50,937 bases of DNA from Bacillota bacterium (GCA_023451115.1 JAEXFV010000022.1:1-50937), one strand, 5' to 3'; numbered from the stretch's first letter, positions 37,904 through 48,501 are shown. Made by a program: numbers and translations. Notes: generated by a model not told the origin, from the sequence alone.

Positions 37904-38392
37904 TTACATGGTAGCCTTTTCCATGGTGACCGCGCCTGTTCGAGCAATTGTCATGGTTCCAAGTTCCCTCAGCCTGCTGATAAAATCATCCAATCTCTGT
38001 GGCTCCCCAATCAGCTGACAAACCACATCGTCTTCCTTGCGATTGAGTACCGTAGCCCCATATGCTTCCAGGAGTTTATTAAGGTTCGCTTGATCCTGGC
38101 AGTTTATATGTACCAGGGTCAACTCACGGCAAACGTAATGTTCTGGGTCATAAGCCGTGACTGTCCGTACACAGGCTAATCTGGAAAGCCTGTGCACCAC
38201 TGTTGGCAAGGTCGCGTCAAAACATTCTAGTGCCAGGGTAATACGGGAGATCGCCGAGTCATCCGTGCTTTCGGATACCGCAAGGCTTTTGATGTTCCAG
38301 CCTTCCCGCCGGATTTGTGCCGTAATGCGCGTGATCACGCCAAATTCGTTATCCACTAAAATTGTTAGAATATGGGCCATGCGTTGTTTCAT
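37904..38392 (-). CDS. ACT-domain protein (acetolactate synthase small-subunit-like)
   Basis: ILTILVDNEFGVITRITAQIRREGWNIKSL is the ACT motif, with a second ACT-like half. Confidence 0.7.
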   Translation of the reverse strand: MKQRMAHILTILVDNEFGVITRITAQIRREGWNIKSLAVSESTDDSAISRITLALECFDATLPTVVHRLSRLACVRTVTAYDPEHYVCRELTLVHINCQDQANLNKLLEAYGATVLNRKEDDVVCQLIGEPQRLDDFISRLRELGTMTIARTGAVTMEKATM

Positions 38393-38631
38393 AAAGCGCT
38401 CTTCCTTTCTCTGGTAATGCTGTGTCCTTTTCTATTATACAACAGTTCCCATAGCCCTAGGAAATAAAATCTGACGGCAGGTTATATATAATTTACCACC
38501 GGCTTTTTCCCGCCAAGTTTCTTTCATTTGACAGCACGGAAACCGGAATAGTACAATAAGCAAGATCCAGGCATACGATTGGCATATTCTAAACGATCGT
38601 ATCCCTTCAAACGAAAAGGAGCCTATATGAT

Positions 38632-39819
38632 ATGAAGGCAATCACCAAACTCACTGGTATCTTGCTGGTAGCCACTATACTGTTTACCGGCTGTTCATTA
38701 ACAGATGGCGGGAACGCACCGCAATCTTCCGCTACGCCGCAAGTGCAAGAAGAGGATGTTGTCATTTGCCGTGTGGGGGAACGCACCATTTTGCGCAGCC
38801 AATTTGAGCACATTTTTTCTTTTTATGAGCAGATGTATGGCCAGTACTTCAGCGATGAAACCTTTCTCCACCAATTGCAGGATATGGTGTTTGAAAATCT
38901 GGTACAAGCGGAAGTCATCAACCTCCAGGCCGAATTACAGGGGCTTACCTTGACTGCTGAGGAAGAACAGGCAATACAGGACCAGTTGGATACCGAATAC
39001 GAATCCCTACTTTCTATTTTCCGGCAGCGTGGCGAGCAGGAAGGTGTGCAAGATGTGGAAGCCTATGCCCTGGAAGCAATGGAACAGGCTTTGGCAAACC
39101 AGGGAACTTCCACCAGCCAATATTTTGAAACGCTGGAAAAAGACTTGAGAAAAGTTCAACTCATGGAAAAACTGCAGCAGCCGATTTATTCGGGAATTAC
39201 CCTTTCCGAAGAAGAAGCGCTTGCTCAATTCCAGCAGGACCTGGAGGAGCAAACAAAACGCTACATGGAAACGCCCTCCCAGTTCCAAGCTGACCAGGAA
39301 AATTTTGAAAAATCCGGCGGCATCCCTCCTCTCTATGTTCCCGAAGGATTTCGGCGCGTGAAACACATCCTCATCAAATCCGCAGATGGAGTAGATGCGT
39401 TGGCGATTTCCAATGATCTCTATACCCAGCTTACAGAAGAAGAGGCGGATTTTGATGCATTGATGGAAGAATACGGGGAAGATGGGGGCATGCAAGTGGA
39501 ACCCAACAAAAGCATGGGATACCTGATGAATAAGGACACCAGTTTTGTACCGGAATTTTTAGAAGCGGCTTTAAATCTGGAACACGTTGGCGATATCACA
39601 GAGCCGGTAAAAACAGATTATGGCTACCACATCATCAAGCTGGTTTCCCTGCTGCCAAGCGGGCCCAAAACTTTTGAAGAATTGAAAGATGTTTATATGG
39701 AAGGGCTACTATCCCAGCGGCAGTCTGCTGCTTTCCAGGAAGCGGTGGCGCAATGGCGGGAGGAGACCGATGTGGAAAGCCACGTGGACCTGATCCGGGA
39801 TATCGGCGCAGTAGAATAG
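38632..39819 (+). CDS. PrsA/SurA-like peptidyl-prolyl isomerase lipoprotein (PpiC domain)
   Basis: Lipobox LFTGC. C-terminal parvulin domain FRRVKHILIK...DYGYHIIKL. Confidence 0.8.
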   Translation: MKAITKLTGILLVATILFTGCSLTDGGNAPQSSATPQVQEEDVVICRVGERTILRSQFEHIFSFYEQMYGQYFSDETFLHQLQDMVFENLVQAEVINLQAELQGLTLTAEEEQAIQDQLDTEYESLLSIFRQRGEQEGVQDVEAYALEAMEQALANQGTSTSQYFETLEKDLRKVQLMEKLQQPIYSGITLSEEEALAQFQQDLEEQTKRYMETPSQFQADQENFEKSGGIPPLYVPEGFRRVKHILIKSADGVDALAISNDLYTQLTEEEADFDALMEEYGEDGGMQVEPNKSMGYLMNKDTSFVPEFLEAALNLEHVGDITEPVKTDYGYHIIKLVSLLPSGPKTFEELKDVYMEGLLSQRQSAAFQEAVAQWREETDVESHVDLIRDIGAVE

Positions 39820-39833
39820 TTGAAACGGAGGGA

Positions 39834-40157
39834 ATGTTCATGCAACAAGATTGGCCGCAATCTATGGGCGTATATCGGGTTTATTCTCTGACTTCACCGG
39901 AATGTTTTGTGGGGTTTTCCCGCAACCTTCGCGGCACTTATAAGCGGCTGCGGTTTGAGCTTAAGCTCAACGCCTGCTCTTATCAAGCGTTGCAACAATT
40001 TTACAATGTCAATAACGGGAACGTGGACTATGAAATTCTAGAGATATATACACCCGCGGATACTCTGAGTGAAGAAGAGGTGGACGCCCATCTGCAGGCT
40101 CTGGTTTATAAGCATAAAGCCGCATTGCAAGGAAAGCTGATTCAGCAACAGATATAG
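39834..40157 (+). CDS. small GIY-YIG domain protein (YhbQ/YazA-like)
   Basis: GVYRVYS...FVGFSRNLRGTYKRL GIY-YIG-like block. 107 aa. GGAGGG RBS. Confidence 0.55.
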   Translation: MFMQQDWPQSMGVYRVYSLTSPECFVGFSRNLRGTYKRLRFELKLNACSYQALQQFYNVNNGNVDYEILEIYTPADTLSEEEVDAHLQALVYKHKAALQGKLIQQQI

Positions 40158-40226
40158 AAAAACACCCACATACTTCCCCCCTTGCGCGAATAAGCATTTA
40201 AAAAACGCGCAACGGGGGGATCGTTT

Positions 40227-41240
40227 ATGTTATTGCCAATCCATTCCCGCCCTGGCAAAGGCAAGTTGCCCTGGCGGCCACGTGTGATCACAATTTTATT
40301 GGCGCTGCTGCTTTGCTGTGGGGCACTTGCCGGCTGCTCCGGCAATGCGCCGGAAGACGAGTGGGCGGAGGAAACGCCGGACCAGACTGCAGGCTACCGG
40401 AGAACCGTGTTGTACTACCAAAGCGACGATGGCATGATGGTGCCGGTAATGAAGCTACTCCCCTGGGAAGAAGGGATTGGCAAGGCTGCGCTCAATCAAT
40501 TGGTGGACACAGAAGAAAACCGTCTCTCCTCCACCGTAATGGGTCTAAAGAACGTGGTGCCGCAAGGGGTATCCTTTGTGCTCTCCATTTCTGATGATGC
40601 AGTGGCAACCCTCAATATTTGCAACCTGCCGGATCTGGGATCTGTAGAAGCGGAGGCAGCCATGGTCACCGCAGTGGTAAACACGCTGACGGAATTTCCC
40701 TCCATTGAGCAGGTGCAATTGGAGTTTGATGGAAAAGCAAAGAAATCACTGCCCCATGGCACCGCAGTGAACGGCGTTATGAGTGCCCTCCCGCTCAACG
40801 AAGAGCCTTTGCCCGTAAATGCTTCCTCCGCGGATTTACAACGCATGATTTTATACTTTCCTAACCGCTCTGCCAGTTTAAACGTTCCTGTAACCCGGTA
40901 TTTAACCGGGGAACCCACTTTTGCAGCTGCAATGGAAGGGTTGGTAGCCGGCCCAGTGGATGATAGTTTACGTGGTTGTTTCCCCGAAGGAACCCAAGTG
41001 CTTTCCGCCACCATCCTGGATGATGCTGCTACAGTAAACTTCTCTAAGGAATTTGCCAGTATCTCCGATACCCCAGAATTGGAGGCTGTGGCTCTGGAAA
41101 CCATGCAGCTTACCGCTAAGCAATTTGGCTCCATTGCAAACGTGGTTGTTCAGGTGGACGGCAAGGAATACCAGGCCGCTTCCAGTGAAACCATGGCGAT
41201 GCCGCTTTATGCCAACGAATTCCGTACCGATGGAGAATAG
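40227..41240 (+). CDS. GerMN-domain lipoprotein (GerM-like)
   Basis: Lipobox LAGC. Tandem GerMN-type domains. Confidence 0.75.
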   Translation: MLLPIHSRPGKGKLPWRPRVITILLALLLCCGALAGCSGNAPEDEWAEETPDQTAGYRRTVLYYQSDDGMMVPVMKLLPWEEGIGKAALNQLVDTEENRLSSTVMGLKNVVPQGVSFVLSISDDAVATLNICNLPDLGSVEAEAAMVTAVVNTLTEFPSIEQVQLEFDGKAKKSLPHGTAVNGVMSALPLNEEPLPVNASSADLQRMILYFPNRSASLNVPVTRYLTGEPTFAAAMEGLVAGPVDDSLRGCFPEGTQVLSATILDDAATVNFSKEFASISDTPELEAVALETMQLTAKQFGSIANVVVQVDGKEYQAASSETMAMPLYANEFRTDGE

Positions 41241-41257
41241 CCCCTATATTTTCTGGA

Positions 41258-41292
41258 AAGGGCCAGCCTATTTTGAGGCTGGCCCTTTTACG
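41258..41292. terminator. bidirectional intrinsic terminator
   Basis: AAGGGCCAGCC-n8-GGCTGGCCCTT stem, followed by TTTAC. Confidence 0.7.
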
Positions 41293-41294
41293 CT

Positions 41295-42644
41295 TCAAAT
41301 CGGCAAAATGGTTTGCACCAGGGTAAAATAAATCAGCAACGAAAGCGCATCCACAATGGTGGTAATCAAAGGCGCTGCCATGATGGCCGGATCTACCTTG
41401 AGCGCTTTTGCCGCTAATGGCAAAACCCCACCCACGGTTTTTGCAATCACTACCGTTGCCAGCAACGCTAAAGATACCGTCAATGCTAAAAGCAGGTTGC
41501 CTGGATATTGGATCATCAGCCTTATGAAATTTACCAGTGCAAGTCCGGTACCTGCCAAAAGGCTAACCCGCAGTTCCTTCCAGAGCACGCATCCAAAATC
41601 CTTCAGCTTAATTTCCCCTACCGCCATGCCGCGAATTACCAGGGTGCTGCTCTGGCTGCCTGCATTGCCGCCAGTATCCGTTAGCATGGGAATAAAAGTA
41701 ACCAACAGCGGCATGGCAGCAAAAGCCAGTTCATATTTTCCCAATATTCCTCCTGTGACCATGCCGGAAACCATCAATATCATCAACCATAAAAAGCGTT
41801 TTTTGGCCAACGTGAACACCCCTGTTTTTAAATAAGGGCGCTCAGACGGGGCAATTGCCGCCATCTTTTCAAAATCCTCTGTGGCCTCGGCCTGCATCAC
41901 ATCCATACCGTCGTCTACCGTCACGATGCCTACAAGGCGTTTTTCCTGGTCCACCACAGGCAAAGCGAGTAAGTCGTATTTCATCATGCGCTGCACGGCC
42001 GCTTCCTGGTCCTCCGTCGTTGCCGCAGTAATCACATGGCTGTTCATAATGGTTTCCAACAAGCAATCATCCGATGAAAGCAGCAGTTCCTTCAGCGTAA
42101 CAATGCCACACAAAATGTGGCTATGCCCTGTTACATAGCAGGTATAAATCTGCTCACTATCCCTGCCGTTTGCTCGAATGTAGGCAATTGCGTCACTCAC
42201 AGACATGGTCTTTTTTAATTCAATACATTCCGCAGTCATTATGCTTCCTACGGAATCCACCGGATAATTTAAAAACTGATTGATCATCCGCCGCGTTTGG
42301 GGGCAGGCATTCTGCATCACCCGCTTGACAACGCTGGCAGGCATTTCTTCGAGCATATCTACCGCATCATCCAGGTATAAATCCTCAATGATGTTGGAAA
42401 GCTCCCCATCGCTAATAGAGGTAATAATCCCCTGCTGCGCCTCTCTGGATAAATTAGAAAACACATCCGCAGCCAACCCCTTTGGTAAGGTGCGAAATGC
42501 TGCAACAGCGGTTTCTAAGGGCAGGCTTTCTATTAGCTCGGCAATGTTTACTTCATTTTCTGCTTTTATTTTTGCCCGAAACCCAGCATAGTCCTTATGC
42601 TCCAGTAACGCATATAGGGTGTTCCGATCATATTTCCATTCCAT
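41295..42644 (-). CDS. mgtE: magnesium transporter MgtE
   Basis: MgtE N domain, tandem CBS domains, C-terminal TM domain. Start at MEWKYDRN after AGGAGGG. Confidence 0.85.
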   Translation of the reverse strand: MEWKYDRNTLYALLEHKDYAGFRAKIKAENEVNIAELIESLPLETAVAAFRTLPKGLAADVFSNLSREAQQGIITSISDGELSNIIEDLYLDDAVDMLEEMPASVVKRVMQNACPQTRRMINQFLNYPVDSVGSIMTAECIELKKTMSVSDAIAYIRANGRDSEQIYTCYVTGHSHILCGIVTLKELLLSSDDCLLETIMNSHVITAATTEDQEAAVQRMMKYDLLALPVVDQEKRLVGIVTVDDGMDVMQAEATEDFEKMAAIAPSERPYLKTGVFTLAKKRFLWLMILMVSGMVTGGILGKYELAFAAMPLLVTFIPMLTDTGGNAGSQSSTLVIRGMAVGEIKLKDFGCVLWKELRVSLLAGTGLALVNFIRLMIQYPGNLLLALTVSLALLATVVIAKTVGGVLPLAAKALKVDPAIMAAPLITTIVDALSLLIYFTLVQTILPI

Positions 42645-42698
42645 TTGCAATCCCTCCTGTTCCTCTGTTTTGAGCCAGGAAGCCGCAAAACGGACAAA

Positions 42699-42736
42699 GC
42701 CGTAGCAAAACACAAAAACAGGCGTTTTGCTACGGC
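42699..42736 (-). promoter_or_regulatory. terminator-like hairpin in mgtE leader (candidate attenuator)
   Basis: 13-bp stem GCCGTAGCAAAAC/GTTTTGCTACGGC, followed on the transcript by UUUGUCCGUUUUG. It lies 55 nt upstream of mgtE. Confidence 0.35.
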
Positions 42737-42944
42737 GACATTCAAAGGCAATGCATGGGTAGGTGTGAAACTTATGCCTGAGGCTTCCCAAGCAAAGCAC
42801 CGGCGCCCATCTCTCGCAAATGAATATCATCATGGTCCATTTTGGTACTTCGGCCGCTTGTGTCCACTTGGGTTCCCTCCTTTTTGCGTTGATTTTATTG
42901 GATCTTTGTTAGCATAGCACCTTGATGAATTTTTTTCAACCCTG

Positions 42945-44624
42945 CTATTTTTCCGGTTTCAAGGGGAATAAGAGCTGTATAGCGGTTCCCTTTCCCTGCG
43001 TGCTTTCCAGTCTAATTTGGGCTTGGTGCAGCGCCGCCCCGTGTTTCACAATGGATAAGCCCAGCCCCGTGCCTCCCGTGGCTTTGGAATGGCTTTTATC
43101 TACCCGGTAAAACCGTTCAAACACCTTTTGCTGGTGCTCATAGGGAATGCCAATTCCCGTATCCGTTACGGTTACAGCCGCCATATCCCCGTGACGGGCA
43201 ATACGCACATCCACCCGTCCCCCTTCCCGGTTATACTTAATGCCATTGTCGCACAAATTATACAACATTTCATCCAACACCTGTCGCACGCCGGGAATGG
43301 ACAGATGTTCCCCCTCTGCCGTAAGCAACACGCCTTTTTCCTCCGCTACCGTTTGGAGGCGTTCACATATATCCTGGCTCAACCGCAATAAGTCCACCTC
43401 TTCACGATCCTGAGGAAACGCCTGTTCATCCAAACGGGAAAGCTTCAGGATGTCGTTGACCAAGGTAATCAAGCGGGCAGTTTCATCGCTGATGCGCCCT
43501 GCAAAGGCCTGCATATCCTCGGGCTTCGCCAAGCCATTTTTCATAATTTCAGCATAACCGGAAATGGAAGTAAGGGGCGTTTTCAGCTCATGGGAAACGT
43601 TGGCCGTAAATTCCTTGCGCATTATTTCCGCAGTTTGCCGCTCTGTCACATCCAACGCCAACAATACGATTCCTTTTTCTTCCCCTTCCTCTCCCACCAC
43701 GGGGTTGGCAAAGAGCTGATAATATTTTCCTTTCCATTGGAACACTGCCTGCGCCTTTTCCCCTTGCTGAGCTTTTTCCACGGTTTCCTGCAAAACAGCG
43801 CTGCGGTTTAATGCTAAAATGTGCCTGCCAATACAATAATTTTTCTGCATGGCAAAGGCCTTGCAGGCGCTTTCATTGATGCTAAGGATTGTAGCCTGAG
43901 CATCCAGCACCACTAGCCCCTCACTCATATTTTCCGTTACTGCGGCAAAGGCCCGCTGTTGTTTCGTTAAGTCCGCCATTTGCTCCCGGATCCGATGGGT
44001 TTGCCCTTCCATCCGCAGCAAAAGGGGGGCAAGCTCGTCATAAGTGTTGTTGTTCAACGGCTCTTCCAGATCCATTTGGTTGATGGGGATGGTAATCTGT
44101 TTGGCCATGCGTTCCGCCAAAATAGCGGATAACAGCGCTATCACAAACAGAATGATTACCAACGGCCCAACCATGTTGCCCAATAGGCCCAGGATGCTGC
44201 TCTGGTTGCTGGCAAGGCGCAGCACGCTGCCATCCGCCAGCCGAATGGCATAATAGCTGGTCACCTGCCCTAATGTTTCAGATTGCCTCTGGCTCTCTCC
44301 TGCGCCGCCTTCCAAAGCAGCCTGAATTTCCGGCCGATCCAGGTGGTTTTCCATTCCCTGGACATCCGCGGCATTGTCGAAGAGCACACCGCCATCCGCT
44401 CCAATCCAAGTGATGCGCTTGGTGGATGCGTCCACCTGGTCCAGATATGCCTCATCGTCCTGCGCCTGCTCCAAGGCACGGGCCATATAGCGGGCCTCTT
44501 CCCGCAACTCCAGACGTATCTGCTGGTCAAACACACCATATAACACGGCTAATATCAGCCCGCTTGCGAGCAAGGTTGCAAGCACCGCAGTAAAAAACAC
44601 GCTGCGGAATATCTTTTTTTTCAT
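42945..44624 (-). CDS. phoR: phosphate-regulon sensor histidine kinase
   Basis: N-terminal TM and sensor region, PAS, HisKA (SHELKTPL) and HATPase domains. Confidence 0.85.
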   Translation of the reverse strand: MKKKIFRSVFFTAVLATLLASGLILAVLYGVFDQQIRLELREEARYMARALEQAQDDEAYLDQVDASTKRITWIGADGGVLFDNAADVQGMENHLDRPEIQAALEGGAGESQRQSETLGQVTSYYAIRLADGSVLRLASNQSSILGLLGNMVGPLVIILFVIALLSAILAERMAKQITIPINQMDLEEPLNNNTYDELAPLLLRMEGQTHRIREQMADLTKQQRAFAAVTENMSEGLVVLDAQATILSINESACKAFAMQKNYCIGRHILALNRSAVLQETVEKAQQGEKAQAVFQWKGKYYQLFANPVVGEEGEEKGIVLLALDVTERQTAEIMRKEFTANVSHELKTPLTSISGYAEIMKNGLAKPEDMQAFAGRISDETARLITLVNDILKLSRLDEQAFPQDREEVDLLRLSQDICERLQTVAEEKGVLLTAEGEHLSIPGVRQVLDEMLYNLCDNGIKYNREGGRVDVRIARHGDMAAVTVTDTGIGIPYEHQQKVFERFYRVDKSHSKATGGTGLGLSIVKHGAALHQAQIRLESTQGKGTAIQLLFPLKPEK

Positions 44625-44651
44625 GGCTTATCCCCCGGGGATTTCTCTCCC

Positions 44652-45323
44652 TTATTCTCCAAACCGGTATCCCACGCCTCGTACCGTTTCCACGGAATTT
44701 CCTGCGCTGCCCAGCTTTTGCCGTAATGTTTGCACATGCACATCCACTGTACGCGTGCCTCCATCATAGTCGTATCCCCACACATCTTTTAACAATTGCT
44801 CCCTGGAAAATACAACTCCCTTATTTTCCAGCAAACACCGCAGCAACTCAAACTCTTTATGGGTCAGGGCCACTTCCTGCCCATCCACCAGCACGATATG
44901 CCTTCGCACATCCATTACCAGGTTTTCTGCCTCCATACGGCCTGCATCCACCTGATTGTTTCTGGCGCGGCGCAATAGTGCTTTCACCCGGGAAACCAGT
45001 TCCATCATGCCAAAGGGCTTTACAATATAATCGTCTGCCCCCAGATCCAGCCCCAGCACCTTATCATACTCTGCGCCCTTCGCGGTTACCATCATCACCG
45101 GTACGTCCTTTCGCTTGGGGGCTGCCCGCAACGCTTTGAGTATGGATATGCCATCCTCTTCCGGCAGCATAATATCCAGCAAAACCAAGCAAGGCTCTTT
45201 TTTTTCACACGCCTCCCAAAATGCCTTTCCGCTTTCAAAGCCCTGCGCCGGCAATCCGCTCTGATTTAACGTATAGACAACCAAATCCCGGATATTTTGG
45301 TCGTCTTCCACATAATACACCAT
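44652..45323 (-). CDS. phoP: OmpR-family response regulator of the phosphate regulon
   Basis: REC domain followed by a winged-helix domain. Confidence 0.85.
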   Translation of the reverse strand: MVYYVEDDQNIRDLVVYTLNQSGLPAQGFESGKAFWEACEKKEPCLVLLDIMLPEEDGISILKALRAAPKRKDVPVMMVTAKGAEYDKVLGLDLGADDYIVKPFGMMELVSRVKALLRRARNNQVDAGRMEAENLVMDVRRHIVLVDGQEVALTHKEFELLRCLLENKGVVFSREQLLKDVWGYDYDGGTRTVDVHVQTLRQKLGSAGNSVETVRGVGYRFGE

Positions 45324-45326
45324 GGG

Positions 45327-45983
45327 CTATACCCCCTCTTCCTTATGCCTCCCAGTGATAGAAAACTCTACCCATTCCGCAATATTTTCTGCGTGATCTC
45401 CGATGCGCTCCAAATATTTGGCAATCATCAAAAAGTCCATGGCCTGCTCGCTGTCAGCCGCTTCGTTACGCAATTGCAAAATCAGTTCATTTTTCACCAC
45501 ATCGAACAATTCGTCGATCTGGTCATCCATAGCGATCACCTGATGTACCAACTGTAAATCCCGCTTAACAAAAGCGTCAAGGCTGCTGGTAACCATTTGG
45601 CAAGCGATGTCCGCCATTTTGGGCAGATGAATGAGCTCTTTAAAATAGGGCTTTCCTGCCAATTGCAGCACAATCTCGGAAATATCCGCTGACTGATCGC
45701 CAATGCGTTCCATATCTGTGATCATTTTCAGCGCCGCAGAAATCAGCCGCAAATCTCTGGCCACCGGCTGCTGCTGCAATAGCAGCTTTAAGCAGCGCGA
45801 CTCGATCTCCCGCTCCTTCTGATCTACTTCTCGGTCAAAAGCGATTGCCCGCTGCGCCTGGTCCACATCCTGAGCAATCATTGCTTTGGTTGCGCTTTGT
45901 ATGGCATGCTCAATCAGCGCGCCCATTTCCAAAAGCTCTTTATTGAGCTGGGACAATTGCTCGTCAAAACGATTTCGCATCAA
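45327..45983 (-). CDS. phoU: phosphate signalling complex protein PhoU
   Basis: Tandem PhoU repeats. Confidence 0.9.
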   Translation of the reverse strand: MMRNRFDEQLSQLNKELLEMGALIEHAIQSATKAMIAQDVDQAQRAIAFDREVDQKEREIESRCLKLLLQQQPVARDLRLISAALKMITDMERIGDQSADISEIVLQLAGKPYFKELIHLPKMADIACQMVTSSLDAFVKRDLQLVHQVIAMDDQIDELFDVVKNELILQLRNEAADSEQAMDFLMIAKYLERIGDHAENIAEWVEFSITGRHKEEGV

Positions 45984-46732
45984 CCGAACCTCCCTGTAAT
46001 ATAATCTTCCGTCCGCTGATCACTTGGCAAAGAAAACAATGTTTCCGTTTCGCCATATTCAATTACCTCACCCAACAGGAAGAACGCGGTTTTATCTGAA
46101 ATACGCGCGGCCTGCTGCATATTATGCGTAACCATAACAATAGTATAGTTTTCCTTGAGCTGCACCGCAAGGTCTTCTATTTTCGATGTAGAAATGGGAT
46201 CCAACGCGGAGGTGGGTTCATCCATAAGCAGCACCTCTGGCCCCACTGCCAGCGCCCTAGCAATGCAAAGCCGCTGCTGCTGCCCGCCGGAAAGGCCCAG
46301 GGCATTTTTCTTTAAACGGTCCTTCAGTTCATCCCATATGGCGGCCGCACGCAAAGAGCGCTCCACAATTTCATCCAGCAACGCTCTGCGCTGCACCCCA
46401 TGGGTGCGTGGTCCAAAGGCGATGTTATCATAAATGCTCATAGGGAATGGGTTGGGCTTTTGAAACACCATGCCCACCCGCTTGCGCAACACGTTTGGAT
46501 CCATGCCCTTATAAACATCTTCGCCGTCCAGCGTAATTTGACCTTCAATTCGGCAGCCCTCCACCAGATCGTTCATGCGGTTGAGGGTTTTCAGCAAGGT
46601 TGATTTCCCGCAGCCCGAAGGGCCGATAAAAGCGGTAATTTCCTTTTCACCAATCCCCAAATTCACGTTTTTGAGCGCCTGAAAACTCCCATAGTATAAA
46701 TTTAAATTTGTAATATCAAATTTGTTTTCCAT
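45980..46732 (-). CDS. pstB: phosphate ABC transporter ATP-binding protein
   Basis: Walker [10 protein letters not shown] and LSGGQQQR signature. Confidence 0.9.
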   Translation of the reverse strand: MENKFDITNLNLYYGSFQALKNVNLGIGEKEITAFIGPSGCGKSTLLKTLNRMNDLVEGCRIEGQITLDGEDVYKGMDPNVLRKRVGMVFQKPNPFPMSIYDNIAFGPRTHGVQRRALLDEIVERSLRAAAIWDELKDRLKKNALGLSGGQQQRLCIARALAVGPEVLLMDEPTSALDPISTSKIEDLAVQLKENYTIVMVTHNMQQAARISDKTAFFLLGEVIEYGETETLFSLPSDQRTEDYITGRFG

Positions 46733-46741
46733 TCTATCCCC

Positions 46742-47581
46742 TCATTCTCTGGTAATTTTCCTGGCAAGATAACCGGAAAGTGCGTTGATGCCCACCACAA
46801 TCACCAAGAGCACCACCGCTGTAGCGTAAGTTTGGTCGATGTACAGCCCTTCGTTGGAAAGCACATACATATGCACGGACAGGGTGCGGGTGGAACTCAA
46901 CAGGTTTTTAGGCACTTCCGCTACAGTGCCAGCTGTATACATCAGCGCAGCCGTTTCCCCAACGATTCTCCCAATGGCCAAAATAACCCCTGCCAGAATA
47001 CCGGGCACAGCCGAAGGCAATACAATTTTGAACACGGTGCGCAGCCGTCCTGCGCCCAGTCCAAAGCTGCCTTCCCGAAACGAATCCGGCACAGCCTTCA
47101 ATGCCTCTTCCGTGGTCCGCATAATCAGGGGCAATATCATAATGGAAAGGGTAAATGCGCCAGACAATAGCGAAAGCCCCCACCCCAGTGTCGTCACAAA
47201 GAACAACATGCCGAAAAGGCCATATACGATAGACGGGATGCCGGAAAGGGTTTCCGCCGTAATGCGCACCAGCTCCACCAGCCTGTTGCCCCGCTTTGCA
47301 TATTCTACCAGGTAAATTGCCGCACAAATCCCCAGCGGTACTGCAATAAGCAATGACAATAGCGTCATGCAAATGGTATTCACCAAAGCCGGCATTAAGG
47401 ATACGTTATTGGAATTATATTCCCACGCAAACAGCGAGGGGGTCAAATGGGGCACGCCTTTGAACAAAATATACCCTACCAGAAACACCAGCACCACTGC
47501 AGTAAGAAGCGCCGCAAACCGCACCAGGGTGCGAAGGAGTAAGGCGGAAACATGGCCCGAGGCCCGTTGTTGTTTCTTCAC
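46742..47581 (-). CDS. pstA: phosphate ABC transporter permease PstA
   Basis: PstA-type permease. Confidence 0.85.
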   Translation of the reverse strand: MKKQQRASGHVSALLLRTLVRFAALLTAVVLVFLVGYILFKGVPHLTPSLFAWEYNSNNVSLMPALVNTICMTLLSLLIAVPLGICAAIYLVEYAKRGNRLVELVRITAETLSGIPSIVYGLFGMLFFVTTLGWGLSLLSGAFTLSIMILPLIMRTTEEALKAVPDSFREGSFGLGAGRLRTVFKIVLPSAVPGILAGVILAIGRIVGETAALMYTAGTVAEVPKNLLSSTRTLSVHMYVLSNEGLYIDQTYATAVVLLVIVVGINALSGYLARKITRE

Positions 47582-48429
47582 AGCTTAGACCTCCTTTTGA
47601 GCAGGGAAAACAGCAGATTGATGATCAGGATAAATACGAACAGCACCACTGCTGTGGCGATGAGCACCTCCCGGTGCAAGTCCGCCGCATAGCCCATCTC
47701 CATAACGATGTTGGAAGTCAGCGTGCGCACGCCTTTGAGCAGCCCGGCCGGCATGCGGGGCTGGTTGCCTGCTACCATGATCACAGCCATAGTTTCCCCA
47801 ATTGCACGGCCAACGCCCAGAATTACCGCCGCCATAATGCCCGACCCTGCTGCCGGCAGCATTACCCGGAATACACAGCGCTCATGAGTAGCGCCCAAAG
47901 CCAGCGCGCCTTCATAGTAGCTTTGAGGCACCGCTTTGATGGCGGAAGCGCTCACCGTAATAATGGTAGGCAAAATCATAATTCCCAGCAACACGCAGGC
48001 GGCCAGCATGCTAAATCCCTTGCCGCCTAACTCCTCCCGGATGAATGGCACCAGCACTACCAAGCCAAAAAAGCCGTACACTACCGAGGGAATACCCGCC
48101 AGCAGTTCTACTGCAGGCTGCAATAGGCGCGCCATCCGGCGGCTTGCAAATTTGGAAAGGTAAACGGCGGTCAAAAGCCCTATGGGCACGCCGATGATAA
48201 TGGCCCCCGCCGTAACATAGATACTGCCCAGTATCATTGGAAATATGCCGTAAATATTGTTTCCCGGCTTCCAGGTTTTTCCCAGTAAAAAATCGAAAAC
48301 GCCTACTTCCAGCATAGCTGGCAGGCCGTTTGCGAAGAGAAAAATACAGATTAGGGCGACCGCCAATATGCAGATGCAGGCCGCCGCCAGAAAACCGTAT
48401 TTTGCAATTGTTTCTTTATATCGTTTCAT
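47578..48429 (-). CDS. pstC: phosphate ABC transporter permease PstC
   Basis: PstC-type permease. Confidence 0.85.
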   Translation of the reverse strand: MKRYKETIAKYGFLAAACICILAVALICIFLFANGLPAMLEVGVFDFLLGKTWKPGNNIYGIFPMILGSIYVTAGAIIIGVPIGLLTAVYLSKFASRRMARLLQPAVELLAGIPSVVYGFFGLVVLVPFIREELGGKGFSMLAACVLLGIMILPTIITVSASAIKAVPQSYYEGALALGATHERCVFRVMLPAAGSGIMAAVILGVGRAIGETMAVIMVAGNQPRMPAGLLKGVRTLTSNIVMEMGYAADLHREVLIATAVVLFVFILIINLLFSLLKRRSKL

Positions 48430-48501
48430 CTGGTTTTCTCCCCATTGGGTTGATTACAGGAAAAGCAGGGCGGAACTTGCGCCGCCCTGCCAGGTTTTGC
48501 G

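Noticed and set aside
42645-42944. M-box (ykoK) riboswitch upstream of mgtE
   Set aside because: The conserved GUUAGGUGAGGCUCCUG and CUAAAGCUCUAC blocks could not be found on the transcribed strand. Only a generic hairpin and uORF arrangement is visible.
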